Source of the DNA: an uncultured Thermoleophilaceae bacterium
Lineage (GTDB): Bacteria > Actinomycetota > Thermoleophilia > Solirubrobacterales > JACPNS01
Assembly: GCA_964597975.1 (NCBI GenBank)
Contig: CAZRAA010000001.1
Coordinates: 8,906-72,905, forward strand
Direction of reading: 5' to 3'
Length of the DNA: 64,000 bases
This document shows positions 1 through 8,765 of this stretch, in pieces. Within the stretch, counting starts at the first letter, position 1. The number at the start of each line of letters is the position of its first letter. A program made the position numbers and the translations under genes. Under the pieces are notes generated by a model. That model saw only the letters and a program-made list of their open reading frames with translations, did not search any database and had not been told where the DNA came from.

Positions 1-1094
1 GCTGCAGTGGAGGCCTTGCGGTCACGCCCGACGGCAGATTCCTGGTCACCGCTTCTTCAAACCCCGGTGTTCGTACTTACACGATCAACGCAGATGGTTC
101 GGTCACCAACATTGACGATGGCGGGATAACCGGGCCCACCGCCAATGCGATTGAACTCTCGCCGGACGGCCGCACTGCATATGTGATGAATGCGGGCTCG
201 GCGATGGTCGGCGGCAACATTGCTCAGTTCTCGATCGCAAGCGACGGCACCGTGGAGCCGCAGGGTACGCCGGTGACGGTCTCCGCGCCAAATGTCTACG
301 CCAACGGACTGGCGATCTCGCCGGACGGCCGCTTCTTGGTCGTGGGCATCGGCAGCGCCACTTCCAACGTGCGCGTGTACTCGACTGCCGGTGGCGCGCT
401 CACCGAGGTCCAGGGTTCGCCGTTCTCATCCGGCGCGAATATGGGCGGCGGCTCGCCGACTCAGGAGATTGCCTTCCAAACCAACAACGGCCCGAGTCTC
501 AGCAAACTCGCCGTCGCCGGAAAGGACCGCAAACGCACGTTCACTGCCAGCGGCGGCGCCGATCCCGACGGCGCGGTGGCCGAGTACCGCTGGGACTTCG
601 GTGACGGCAAGAGCGCCACGAGCAGCACTCCGAAGATCTCGCACACATATTCCAAGTCCGGCAACTACGACGCCACCGTCACCGCAGTCGACGACGAGGG
701 CTGCGGCGCAACAAACGTCTACGACGGTCGTAAGTACCTCTGCAACTCGAGCGGCAGCGCAAGCGCTTCGGTTGCCGTCGATGCCCGACCACCATCCTTT
801 TCGAGACTCAAGTTGGCCAAACGAAGCGTGCCCCGCGGCGGCAAGATCAAGCTGAGCTTCAAGCTCTCGGAGGCGGCCACCGTGAAGGTGCTGTTTCAGA
901 CCAAGAGCGGCAAGAAGTACCGCTCGCGCGGAACACTGAGCTTCAAGAGCAAGTCCGGTAGGCGCAGCAAGACCCTGACGTTGAAGATCAAGCGGCGGAC
1001 ACTTGCCAAGGGAAGCTACCGACTGCTGGTCACGGGCACTGACAGCCGCTCCAACACGTCATCCGCCAAGAAGCTGGCCCTGAAGATTCGCTGA
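1..1094 (+). CDS. Secreted beta-propeller (lactonase-type repeats) plus PKD-domain protein; 5' end cut by the window edge
   Basis: The frame stays open from nt 3 with no upstream stop. It has repeated blades 'LAVTPDGRFLV', 'IELSPDGRTAYV' and 'LAISPDGRFLVV', a PKD signature 'YRWDFGDGKSATSSTPKISHTYSKSGNYDATVTAVDDEG', and a K/S/R-rich beta-strand C-terminal module. Confidence 0.8.
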   Translation, partial: CSGGLAVTPDGRFLVTASSNPGVRTYTINADGSVTNIDDGGITGPTANAIELSPDGRTAYVMNAGSAMVGGNIAQFSIASDGTVEPQGTPVTVSAPNVYANGLAISPDGRFLVVGIGSATSNVRVYSTAGGALTEVQGSPFSSGANMGGGSPTQEIAFQTNNGPSLSKLAVAGKDRKRTFTASGGADPDGAVAEYRWDFGDGKSATSSTPKISHTYSKSGNYDATVTAVDDEGCGATNVYDGRKYLCNSSGSASASVAVDARPPSFSRLKLAKRSVPRGGKIKLSFKLSEAATVKVLFQTKSGKKYRSRGTLSFKSKSGRRSKTLTLKIKRRTLAKGSYRLLVTGTDSRSNTSSAKKLALKIR

Positions 1095-1122
1095 TCGCGA
1101 ACCGGCGGGCCGGTGATTTGTT

Positions 1123-1560
1123 ATGCGTGCGCGCGTGTGCTTGACTGACCGCATGGGACACGTGCCCGCCCAACGTCACCTACTTCGCGCCCGAGACTTC
1201 GCCGACGCCAACTACGCAAGTCCGATCGACGTCGGCGCGATGGCGGCGTCGGCAGGCCTCTCGCGCGCCCACTTCTCACGCGAGTTCAAGAAGACCTTCG
1301 GCGAGTCGCCCAACGAGTACCTGCTCACGCGCCGGCTCGAACGCGCGGCGACGATGCTGCGAGACACCGATTGGCCCGTCAATGAGATCTGCCTGAGCGT
1401 CGGTCTGCGCAGCGTGGGGACATTCACGAGCGCATTCACCCGCACCTACGGTGTCTCTCCCACTAGATATCGAGAGAGCCTGCCGCCCGCTTCGCGCAAC
1501 GCCAGGGTTCCGGCCTGCTTGCTGCGCTCAAATCTTCGGCCCAAGGCCGTTCCCAAGTAG
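1123..1560 (+). CDS. AraC-family HTH transcriptional regulator (small, DNA-binding domain only)
   Basis: AraC HTH_18 pattern: 'SAGLSRAHFSREFKKTFGESPNEYLLTRRLERAATMLRDTDWPVNEICLSVGLRSVGTFTSAFTRTYGVSPTRYR'. The start could instead be the ATG at 1153. Confidence 0.85.
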   Translation: MRARVCLTDRMGHVPAQRHLLRARDFADANYASPIDVGAMAASAGLSRAHFSREFKKTFGESPNEYLLTRRLERAATMLRDTDWPVNEICLSVGLRSVGTFTSAFTRTYGVSPTRYRESLPPASRNARVPACLLRSNLRPKAVPK

Positions 1561-1650
1561 CGCACAGGAGAAGAAGCCTGCAACGCAGTGCGGCCTTAGT
1601 TTGGCCGTATGTGGTACTTCACAGACCGCGACAACGAAAAGGAGAATTGC

Positions 1651-2067
1651 ATGCAAATCGACAGCGCACAGCTCTGGGTGCACGATCAGGACATCGCTCT
1701 GGCCTTCTACACGGAGAAGGTCGGCCTCGAGGTCAAATCGGACGTCACGCTCGCAGAACTTGGCGGGTTCCGCTGGCTCAAGGTCGGGCCGCCGGGTCAG
1801 GACATGGGATTCGTGCTGATGGCGATCCCGGGCGAGCCGATGATGGACGACGCAACCAAAGCCGAGGTGGAGCAGCTGATGGCCAAGGGGTTCGCCGGCA
1901 CGATCTTTCTCTCGACCGACGACGTCGACCGCGACTACGCCGAGCTCAAAGCCCGGGGCGTCGAGTTCATCCAGGAGCCGACCGACACGCCATACGGTCG
2001 CGACACCGGCTTCCGCGATCCGTCGGGCAACAGCCTCCGGCTCACCCAGATAAACCCGGACATCTAG
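1651..2067 (+). CDS. VOC/glyoxalase-family protein
   Basis: ATG at 1651 is preceded by 'AAAAGGAGA'. The protein reads 'MQIDSAQLWVHDQDIALAFYTEKVGLEV...GVEFIQEPTDTPYGRDTGFRDPSGNSLRL', a typical VOC fold. An AraC+VOC pairing is common. Confidence 0.8.
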   Translation: MQIDSAQLWVHDQDIALAFYTEKVGLEVKSDVTLAELGGFRWLKVGPPGQDMGFVLMAIPGEPMMDDATKAEVEQLMAKGFAGTIFLSTDDVDRDYAELKARGVEFIQEPTDTPYGRDTGFRDPSGNSLRLTQINPDI

Positions 2068-2091
2068 ACCGCCGCGCCGCGGGCGCCCTGC

Positions 2092-2742
2092 TCAGGCAGG
2101 GTGCCCAGTGGCGATCAGTGTCACGATCTCAACCAGCTCATCGCGAAGCGCGTCCGGCTCCAGCGTGGTCCCGCGGCGCAAATCTGCTGCGATCGCCTCA
2201 CTGATTGCGCCGACGATCGCGCTTGCACGAGTTGGCGAGAGTGGAGGAATCGACGGGTCGCGTGCGCGGGATTCTTCGCGCAGCGAGACGTAGAAGGCCG
2301 CAAGCAGGTCAGTCCCCGCGCTGATGCGATCAAGCGCCTCGCGACCGGCGGCCGGTCCTTCGACGAACAAGATCTGCGCGCGGCTGCGGTCTTCGCGGAC
2401 CAGCTCGACGAGGGCGGTGATCCCCTGCCATATACGTTCTTCGATCGATCCGGCCGGGTCGAGCCGCTTGGCGATCCCGTTGGTCAGTTCGGCGAAGTGC
2501 AAATCAATCAACGCCAGGAAACAACCAGCCTTCGACTCGAACAGCTCATAGAAGCGCGGTTTGGCCACGCCGGCCCGCGCCACGATGTCGGTGACCCGGA
2601 CATCGGAGAATCCCGACTCGACGACAAGATCCTTCATTGCCTCGAGCAGCCGGCAGCGCTGGTCGGCCGCGACGAGCTCCGGGTCGAGCGCATTGCGCCC
2701 ACGCGGAAGAGTGCGACGCGAGGGCTCTGTCAATTCGGTCAT
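2092..2742 (-). CDS. TetR-family transcriptional regulator
   Basis: N-terminal TetR HTH 'ESGFSDVRVTDIVARAGVAKPRFYELFESKAGCFLA'. Confidence 0.9.
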   Translation of the reverse strand: MTELTEPSRRTLPRGRNALDPELVAADQRCRLLEAMKDLVVESGFSDVRVTDIVARAGVAKPRFYELFESKAGCFLALIDLHFAELTNGIAKRLDPAGSIEERIWQGITALVELVREDRSRAQILFVEGPAAGREALDRISAGTDLLAAFYVSLREESRARDPSIPPLSPTRASAIVGAISEAIAADLRRGTTLEPDALRDELVEIVTLIATGHPA

Positions 2743-2790
2743 CTGGCGAGCCTAATGTGCGCCGCAGCGACCGACCGTCGGCTGGGGCCA

Positions 2791-2811
2791 GCCATCGCTT
2801 CACGCGATGGC
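2791..2811 (-). terminator. Candidate hairpin downstream of the LIP lipase gene
   Basis: GCCATCGC-ttcac-GCGATGGC is an 8-bp perfect stem, extendable by flanking GGCC with one mismatch. It lies 26 nt past the lipase stop. There is no U-tract, which is usual in GC-rich actinobacteria. Confidence 0.4.
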
Positions 2812-2836
2812 CGGCCGACGCCAACGAGAATTGGAT

Positions 2837-4168
2837 CTACGGCTCGTAGACGAGCGGAGCAATCGAGTTGCCCGGCGCGATCTTGGAGCAGTTGGTCGGG
2901 AGCGTCCACGAACTCAGCGGGCCGAATCGGTCGTTGACCCAGCTGATCGCTTGGGGCAGCCAGGAGAGCGCGCTGGTGGTGTGGCTTCCGGCGTACTCGT
3001 TGTACTGCACCTTCACTCCCTGCGAGCAGTACTTGCGCAGCAGCGAGCGGACGTCGCCGGCGATCATTACGCCGTCGCCCTTGCCGATTCCCGGCTTGTT
3101 GCCGGGCGTTCCCTCCAGCTCTCCGCCGGTTCCCTGGCCGACGAACATCGGGACCCGCGGCGTGCCGCCAGTGCCCATGATCACCTTGTTCGCCGCGGTG
3201 ACGAAGTCGAGGATGCTGTTGGGGCGCGAGTACTCGGGCTTGACCATGTCAGTCCACTTGAGACCGGGGTAGGCGCCCAGCACATTGATGATCGATGCCT
3301 TGTCGAGCTTGGCCAGCAGCTCTGCGCCCTGCTCGTTCACATACGGCGACATGTCGATTCCGTAGGCACGGGCGACGCCGATCAGCGCCATCGGAGCCAC
3401 GCCGGCCCAGATCGGGGTGTCTTCGACGTACGGAAGGTTGTTCGCCGGGTGCACGAGAACACCACCGAACGCGGCGCCGATCAGGTTGTTTTCGAGCTCT
3501 GGCGCGTAGGTGGGTGCGAGTTCCGCAGCCCACTCCGTGGCGATCGCGCCTCCGGAGTAGCCGATCATCGCAACCTTGGCCTTCGACGAGAGGTCAACAG
3601 CGGGCGACTTGATCGCGGCTCGGATCGAGTCGAGCGTGTTGGTTCCGTACTCGGGGCCTGCGGCAAAATCGGCGGTCTGGCCCTGGGTGTCAGAGGTGAT
3701 CACCGTGTATCCCTGGAGCAGATACGGCGAGAAGAGCAGCGTCTCGATCTGCGGAATCAATCCGCCGAGGGAGAGCCCACCGGCGATCTGCACGGAGGGC
3801 TGATCGTCGGGGTTGAGCGAGTCGTAGAACGACTGGTACGAGATGACCTTGTCGCGGTTGAGGCAGAGAAGGCAGCTCGGCTGGATCACGGTGGTCGCGT
3901 TGACCGTCGCTTCGCCGCGCGCGTTGGTGGCGCGATAGAGCAGCTGCGTCGCCTTCAGCGGTGTCGCGAGCCCAGCGATGTGGTACGGCACGGTTCGCGT
4001 CTTGACGACGGTTCCCGGAGCCATGCTCGAGAGCGGCGTGCTGCCGGTGTACTGATAGAAACCGTCACTCGCGGAGGCGGCAGACGATGCGCTCGGTGCC
4101 ATCAGCGCAGCGATCACCGCGGCAAGGCAGACGAGCATCAGGTGTCTTACGGACAGTCGGGTACGCAT
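2837..4168 (-). CDS. Secretory lipase (LIP family, alpha/beta hydrolase) with signal peptide
   Basis: Start chosen at the ATG giving 'MRTRLSVRHLMLVCLAAVIAALMAPSASSAASA' (signal peptide). Nucleophile elbow 'IGYSGGAIA'. Overall LIP-like layout, about 443 aa. The upstream part of the 523-aa ORF is Arg-rich with no motifs. Confidence 0.8.
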   Translation of the reverse strand: MRTRLSVRHLMLVCLAAVIAALMAPSASSAASASDGFYQYTGSTPLSSMAPGTVVKTRTVPYHIAGLATPLKATQLLYRATNARGEATVNATTVIQPSCLLCLNRDKVISYQSFYDSLNPDDQPSVQIAGGLSLGGLIPQIETLLFSPYLLQGYTVITSDTQGQTADFAAGPEYGTNTLDSIRAAIKSPAVDLSSKAKVAMIGYSGGAIATEWAAELAPTYAPELENNLIGAAFGGVLVHPANNLPYVEDTPIWAGVAPMALIGVARAYGIDMSPYVNEQGAELLAKLDKASIINVLGAYPGLKWTDMVKPEYSRPNSILDFVTAANKVIMGTGGTPRVPMFVGQGTGGELEGTPGNKPGIGKGDGVMIAGDVRSLLRKYCSQGVKVQYNEYAGSHTTSALSWLPQAISWVNDRFGPLSSWTLPTNCSKIAPGNSIAPLVYEP

Positions 4169-4200
4169 GAGACTTTGAATTCCCCCCAGTAGGCATGTTT

Positions 4201-4227
4201 CTATGCGAACCTCCCCGGGTCGCATAG
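4201..4227. promoter_or_regulatory. Inverted repeat between TetR 4264-4902 and the LIP lipase start
   Basis: CTATGCGA (4201-4208), an 11-nt spacer, then TCGCATAG (4220-4227). This could be an operator or an attenuating hairpin. Confidence 0.3.
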
Positions 4228-4263
4228 ACGCTCGGGCCACGTTACCGCACCCGGCGTGATCTG

Positions 4264-4902
4264 TCAAGTGGCGTCCGAGTCGATCGTCTCGCGAGCGGCG
4301 GTGATCAGGCCGGAGAGGCTGCGCAGATAGAGCTCGCGGAGCTCTTCGGCCGGGACGATCGGGTCGTTGGCCCAGCGCATCACCGTGACGTAGATGAACG
4401 CGGTCCACCCCTTGATCGCGTGGCGCATCTCGGGTGCGGCGTGATAGTCGGCCACGCCCAGCTCCCGACTCGACTCGAGCATGCCGGCAAGCATCATGTC
4501 GGTCTGGCGTTCCTGCGCCTCGGCAAACACCTCGCGCGCGATGCGATCGGTACCTGCTCCGCCGTAGGGGGCGAGCGCGCCGTAGGCCCTGTGATCCTGC
4601 GCCCAGCCGATCACCTGATCGATCACCGCGGCGGTGCGCTCGAGCGGCGGCAGTTCGCGATTGGGCTCCGTGCGAATCGCCAACTCTTCGCCGAGCATTC
4701 GGATCACCGCTTCGTAGAGCCCACGCTTGCTCTCGAAGTAGTAGTAGACAAGGCCCTTGGCGACGCCGGCGGATTCGGCAATGTCCTCGACGTATACGTC
4801 GTTGTACGGGCGTTCAGCGAACATCACCTCGGCGGCGTCGAGGATCTGTCCGCGCAGGTCGGGCCTTGGGTTGGTGCGAATCGTCGGCTTCGACTCCGCC
4901 AT
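4264..4902 (-). CDS. TetR-family transcriptional regulator (paralog of 5793-6446)
   Basis: Start at the ATG giving 'MAESKPTIRTNPRPDLRGQILDAAEVMFAERPYNDVYVEDIAESAGVAKGLVYYYFESKRGLYEAVI' (TetR HTH). Confidence 0.9.
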   Translation of the reverse strand: MAESKPTIRTNPRPDLRGQILDAAEVMFAERPYNDVYVEDIAESAGVAKGLVYYYFESKRGLYEAVIRMLGEELAIRTEPNRELPPLERTAAVIDQVIGWAQDHRAYGALAPYGGAGTDRIAREVFAEAQERQTDMMLAGMLESSRELGVADYHAAPEMRHAIKGWTAFIYVTVMRWANDPIVPAEELRELYLRSLSGLITAARETIDSDAT

Positions 4903-5005
4903 GGAACACAGCGTATTCGCGCCTCGGCGGCCGAGCCAATTTCTGAACAGAATCCGATTGCTTGACTTCCGTTCAATTTCTTGGTAGCGTGGCAATCGCT
5001 TTCCG

Positions 5006-5020
5006 CGCGTGGTCCACGCG
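5006..5020. promoter_or_regulatory. 15-bp palindrome upstream of the small lipase gene, in the divergent TetR/lipase intergenic region
   Basis: CGCGTGG-T-CCACGCG has perfect 7-bp arms and ends 43 nt upstream of the ATG at 5063. Confidence 0.3.
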
Positions 5021-5062
5021 GCCGGTCAGCAGCTCATATTTCATCTTGGGAGAGGGGAACCC

Positions 5063-5731
5063 ATGAACCGATTGGCACGCGCATGCCTGGTCACCGTCGT
5101 ACTGATCGCCGCGCTGGCGGCGCCCGGGGCCGCCAACGCCTCGAGCAACGATCCGATCGTCTTCGTCCACGGGTACGGCGGCAACTCGTCAGGCTGGGAC
5201 ACGTTCAAGTCCTGGCTAGTCGCTGACGGCTACGACTCAAGCGACTTCGCGGTTGTCGACTACGGGATCACCGAATCGAACGTCGGCATCGCCCAGAAGG
5301 TGAAGCAGGCAAGCGATCAACTGCGCGCCTCGACCGGCGCTGCAAAGGTCGACATTGTGACCCACTCGATGGGCGGTCTTTCTTCGCGCTATTACGTGAA
5401 GAACCTCGGTGGCGCAAGTTTCGTCAACCAGTTCGTCTCGATCGCCGGGCCCAACCACGGCACCACGCTCGCACTCGCATGCACGTTGTTCCTTGATCCA
5501 TGCCGCGAGATGACACCCGGTGGATCTTTCCTGAAGGCACTCAACGCAGGTGACGAGACGCCGGGAGCGGTCGACTACCTGACGATTCGGTCGATCTGCG
5601 ACGAGATAGTCATCCCCTTCACCAGCACACCCCTCAGCGGCGCGACGAACGTCAGCGCCGGCTGCAAAGAGCACATCTTGATGAACAGAGACCCTGACGT
5701 CTACGCGAGCGTCAGGTCGTTCATCGAATAA
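5063..5731 (+). CDS. Secreted small triacylglycerol lipase/esterase (Bacillus LipA-like, lipase class 2)
   Basis: Signal peptide 'MNRLARACLVTVVLIAALAAPGAANA', then 'PIVFVHGYGGNSSGWDTF' and nucleophile elbow 'IVTHSMGG'. Confidence 0.85.
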   Translation: MNRLARACLVTVVLIAALAAPGAANASSNDPIVFVHGYGGNSSGWDTFKSWLVADGYDSSDFAVVDYGITESNVGIAQKVKQASDQLRASTGAAKVDIVTHSMGGLSSRYYVKNLGGASFVNQFVSIAGPNHGTTLALACTLFLDPCREMTPGGSFLKALNAGDETPGAVDYLTIRSICDEIVIPFTSTPLSGATNVSAGCKEHILMNRDPDVYASVRSFIE

Positions 5732-5792
5732 CTCTCAGTTCCCCCCAAAGGCGCTGTGAGGATCTGGAAGCGACCGCCCTGGCCAGGCAACT

Positions 5793-6446
5793 TCAGCCGG
5801 CTGGGCGGTCGCCTTCGGACCGCTCACTCCCGGCAGCGAGCGTCGAGGCGATAGTCACTCCAAGCGCACGCACGAAAAGCTCTCTGAGCGCCACCGGCGT
5901 CATGTCTCGCCGGTCTAGCCAGTCGTCGGTGACCGTCCAGACAAAGGACAGCCAGCCGAGCACCGCGCCGCGCATCATCGGCAACTTGGTCGGATCTTCA
6001 AGGCCCAACTCATCCGCGTAGTCGCGCATCCCGTCGAGCGCTACCTCTGTCATCGCCGCAAAGGCGCGGCGGTAGAGCGCTCGGATCACAGGGTCCGATC
6101 CCGGCGCGCCGGCGACCGCAAGTTTGAACACCTGCACCTCGGTCGCCCACTGAATGAATGCGTCGGTCACCGCCTTTGTGCGCTCCGTGGGGGGCAGCGA
6201 GCGGTCCGGCGTCGTGCGGACGATCATGTCTTCGACCAGACCCTCGATAACGGCGGCATAAAGGCCGCGCTTGTTTTCGAAGTGGTAGCTGATCAGGCCC
6301 TTCGCGACGTTGGCATCTGCCGCAATCTCTTCTACGCGCACGTCTTCGTAGGGGCGCTCGGCGAAGAGTCTCTCCGCGGACAAGAGCAGCGCTGCCCGCG
6401 AGTCCGGGCGCGGACTGTTTGGGATCGGGTTCGCCTCTGAGGTCAC
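5793..6446 (-). CDS. TetR-family transcriptional regulator (paralog of 4264-4902)
   Basis: 'LLLSAERLFAERPYEDVRVEEIAADANVAKGLISYHFENKRGLYAAVI'. It lies 55 nt downstream of, and co-directional with, the serine hydrolase gene. Confidence 0.9.
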   Translation of the reverse strand: MTSEANPIPNSPRPDSRAALLLSAERLFAERPYEDVRVEEIAADANVAKGLISYHFENKRGLYAAVIEGLVEDMIVRTTPDRSLPPTERTKAVTDAFIQWATEVQVFKLAVAGAPGSDPVIRALYRRAFAAMTEVALDGMRDYADELGLEDPTKLPMMRGAVLGWLSFVWTVTDDWLDRRDMTPVALRELFVRALGVTIASTLAAGSERSEGDRPAG

Positions 6447-6501
6447 TGACCCCAGAGGCTAGTCCCGCCCAATCAGCCCGTCAACCCGGCGGACTCGGTA
6501 A

Positions 6502-7971
6502 CTACGCGGTGCAGCCGCCGAGTCGGTTGGAGACCGTGTAGAAGAGGCGATTGACCTCGCCACCACCCATTTCAACTCCGAAGCTGAGCTTGGTCGGATC
6601 GAACGTGACCTCTCCGTTGGTACCGGCGTGAATTCCCAACGTGTGGCTCAGGCGAACGCCGACGAAGCACTGTTGACGCGAGACGGCGATTGTGTTGCCC
6701 TGGAAGCCAGAAGCGGCGAACCCGTCTGCGTCGAACCCGGACCACCACTGGAAGCCATAGCTGCCCGACGAGAGCGGCGTGAAGGTCGTGGATTCGCGCA
6801 CCCAGCTGCTTGAGACGACCTGGCGGCCGTCCGGCGTGCGACCGTCGCGACGGTAGAGCTCACCAAAGCGCAGGAAGTCTTCCGGCAGCGCGTACAGCCC
6901 TTGCGAGGCGATCGCGTCGCCGTTTGCGTCGGTGATGATCGACGCATTCCCGATCATCCCGGCTGGCTTCCAGAGCTTCTCCGAAAGAATCTTGGCGAAT
7001 GACTTGGCGTAGATCTTCTCGAGCATCCAGGCGAGCACCTGAGTATTGCCACTGTTGTAGCTGAACTTCGTGCCCTGGGGCCAGTCGCGGGGCAGCGACG
7101 CGAGGAACTCGTTGCGCGACTGCCCGAGCCGGCCCTGTGTGGCGTAGTCGAGCCAGACCTGCACCCACTCCTGAACCTGCGTGTTCTGCGGCAGAATCGG
7201 CGTGCCCTCTTCCCAGTGGATCCCCGACTGCATGGTCAGGATGTTGCGGATCGTCACACCCTGCCAGTTGGTCCCGCGAAGATCGGGAATGTAGGTCTCG
7301 ATCGGCGCCTCGAGCGACGGGATTCGTCCCTCGTCGCGGGCGATTCCGACCAACGCCGAGATGAATGACTTGGTGACCGACCACGGTTGGTGCTGCTGTC
7401 CCTGCGAGTAACCGTTCGCGTAGAGCTCGTCGACGACTTTGCCGTTGCGCATGAATAGCAGTCCATCGGTTTCGGTCTGCTTGAGGAACTCCGAGACCGT
7501 TCGGTCCGTTCCGTTGTAGCCGTACTTCCAGCCGTCGACATCGACCTCGTCCGAATAGAGCGGCGAAGCGTCTTCGGGACCGCCTGCGGCGATGCGCTCG
7601 CTCGGCAGAACGAGTTCCGGCTTGATCAGATCCGTCGGCCATGGCAGTGTGAACGTGCCGTCACTGGCCAGCCGCTGAAACTTGCCAATCCAGGTTTGCG
7701 GGTCGGCGATGATCGCGGCGTTGCCGGTGAGCACCGCGGCTGCGGGCGCGCCCACCGATCCTTGCGGCGGGCTCGTCGGGAGCTGTACTCCCGGGAAGAG
7801 CAGGCTGATGACATTGTTGACCGTCGTGACGACCGGCGTCTGAGTCGGCGGCTTGGGCTGGAAGAGGCTCTTCAACGAGAGCGCGTGCGCAGAGCCGGCC
7901 AGCAGGGCGGCCGAAAGCAGCGCAGCGGTCAGCGATGCGACAAACGTGCGTCGTGCGTTCGGATTGGACAT
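6502..7971 (-). CDS. Secreted beta-lactamase-fold serine hydrolase (SxxK esterase / PBP-like)
   Basis: Signal peptide 'MSNPNARRTFVASLTAALLSAALLAGSAHA'. SxxK motif 'WSVTKSF'. Length and layout fit the beta-lactamase-related family. Confidence 0.8.
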   Translation of the reverse strand: MSNPNARRTFVASLTAALLSAALLAGSAHALSLKSLFQPKPPTQTPVVTTVNNVISLLFPGVQLPTSPPQGSVGAPAAAVLTGNAAIIADPQTWIGKFQRLASDGTFTLPWPTDLIKPELVLPSERIAAGGPEDASPLYSDEVDVDGWKYGYNGTDRTVSEFLKQTETDGLLFMRNGKVVDELYANGYSQGQQHQPWSVTKSFISALVGIARDEGRIPSLEAPIETYIPDLRGTNWQGVTIRNILTMQSGIHWEEGTPILPQNTQVQEWVQVWLDYATQGRLGQSRNEFLASLPRDWPQGTKFSYNSGNTQVLAWMLEKIYAKSFAKILSEKLWKPAGMIGNASIITDANGDAIASQGLYALPEDFLRFGELYRRDGRTPDGRQVVSSSWVRESTTFTPLSSGSYGFQWWSGFDADGFAASGFQGNTIAVSRQQCFVGVRLSHTLGIHAGTNGEVTFDPTKLSFGVEMGGGEVNRLFYTVSNRLGGCTA

Positions 7972-8124
7972 TGATCTCCCCTCGATCAGTGTCTGGTGCG
8001 CCGGGGTTCCGAGTCCGGCGTGCTCAGTTTGTTCTTGTTGACGGCGCGCATACTTGATACGCGTCCAATTGCTCGCGCGTATTGTATACCAGCAAGTACC
8101 TGAAAGGCAAACGCGGCCGAATCT

Positions 8125-8631
8125 TCAGCCCGGGGGCGCCCCAGCTGGTACCAGTTCGATGTAGACGACTTCTGTGAGCCTCCTCGATGAGCGCTCGAAG
8201 AGCCGCCTGAAGAGACCCCATCCCGACAGGATCACCCGCTTTGCCTCGGCGCGCTCGTCCTCGCTTTCAAGAATCCGGCCGCGCGCAGCGATCGGCGCTC
8301 CGAGCGGCTCACCGCGCGGGCCGCACGGGGCAACGAGCGCGTTCGGGTTGTTACGTAGTCGCTTCGCCTTGTAGGCATTCTCCTCAGTCCACACGAAGAC
8401 TCGATCGCCGTCGCGCCCGAACCAGACCGGCATCGGGACACCGTCGCCGTTCTTCTTGTATGTGACGAGCAGCATGTAGGTGTGGCCTTCGAGCGAGTCG
8501 AAGCCCTCGTGCAGCGGTTCGGCAGAGAGCACTTCGAGCGCGCGCGGAGAACGCGTGCGGTCGAGCATCGATTTGTTGCGGAAGACCAGACGCGCGATCG
8601 GTCCGCGCTCGTGTGTGGAGGGGTTGGCCAT
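8125..8631 (-). CDS. PPOX-class (pyridoxamine 5'-phosphate oxidase-like / F420-dependent) flavoprotein
   Basis: Start at the ATG giving 'MANPSTHERG...'. 'YMLLVTYKKNGDGVPMPVWFGRDGDRVFVWTEENAYKAKRLRNNPNALVAPCGPRGEP' is the typical split-barrel pattern. The upstream 123 codons of the tracked ORF are Arg-rich junk. Confidence 0.75.
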   Translation of the reverse strand: MANPSTHERGPIARLVFRNKSMLDRTRSPRALEVLSAEPLHEGFDSLEGHTYMLLVTYKKNGDGVPMPVWFGRDGDRVFVWTEENAYKAKRLRNNPNALVAPCGPRGEPLGAPIAARGRILESEDERAEAKRVILSGWGLFRRLFERSSRRLTEVVYIELVPAGAPPG

Positions 8632-8765
8632 GGGGCTCCTGATGGTCGGCTGATTGGAGGCCTCCTTTGTACAGGATCGCGCGTTACTGAATCGGTGCAA
8701 ACCCGTAGCTGAATTTTTTGATTTCGGTCTTGAATCGTTACGCGGGTTTCTCTTCACTACGCACC

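Noticed and set aside
2807-4192. 461-aa plus-strand ORF over the LIP lipase gene
   Set aside because: It is antisense to a gene with a signal peptide and a GxSxG elbow. Its composition is Arg/Gly/Asp-rich low-information sequence.
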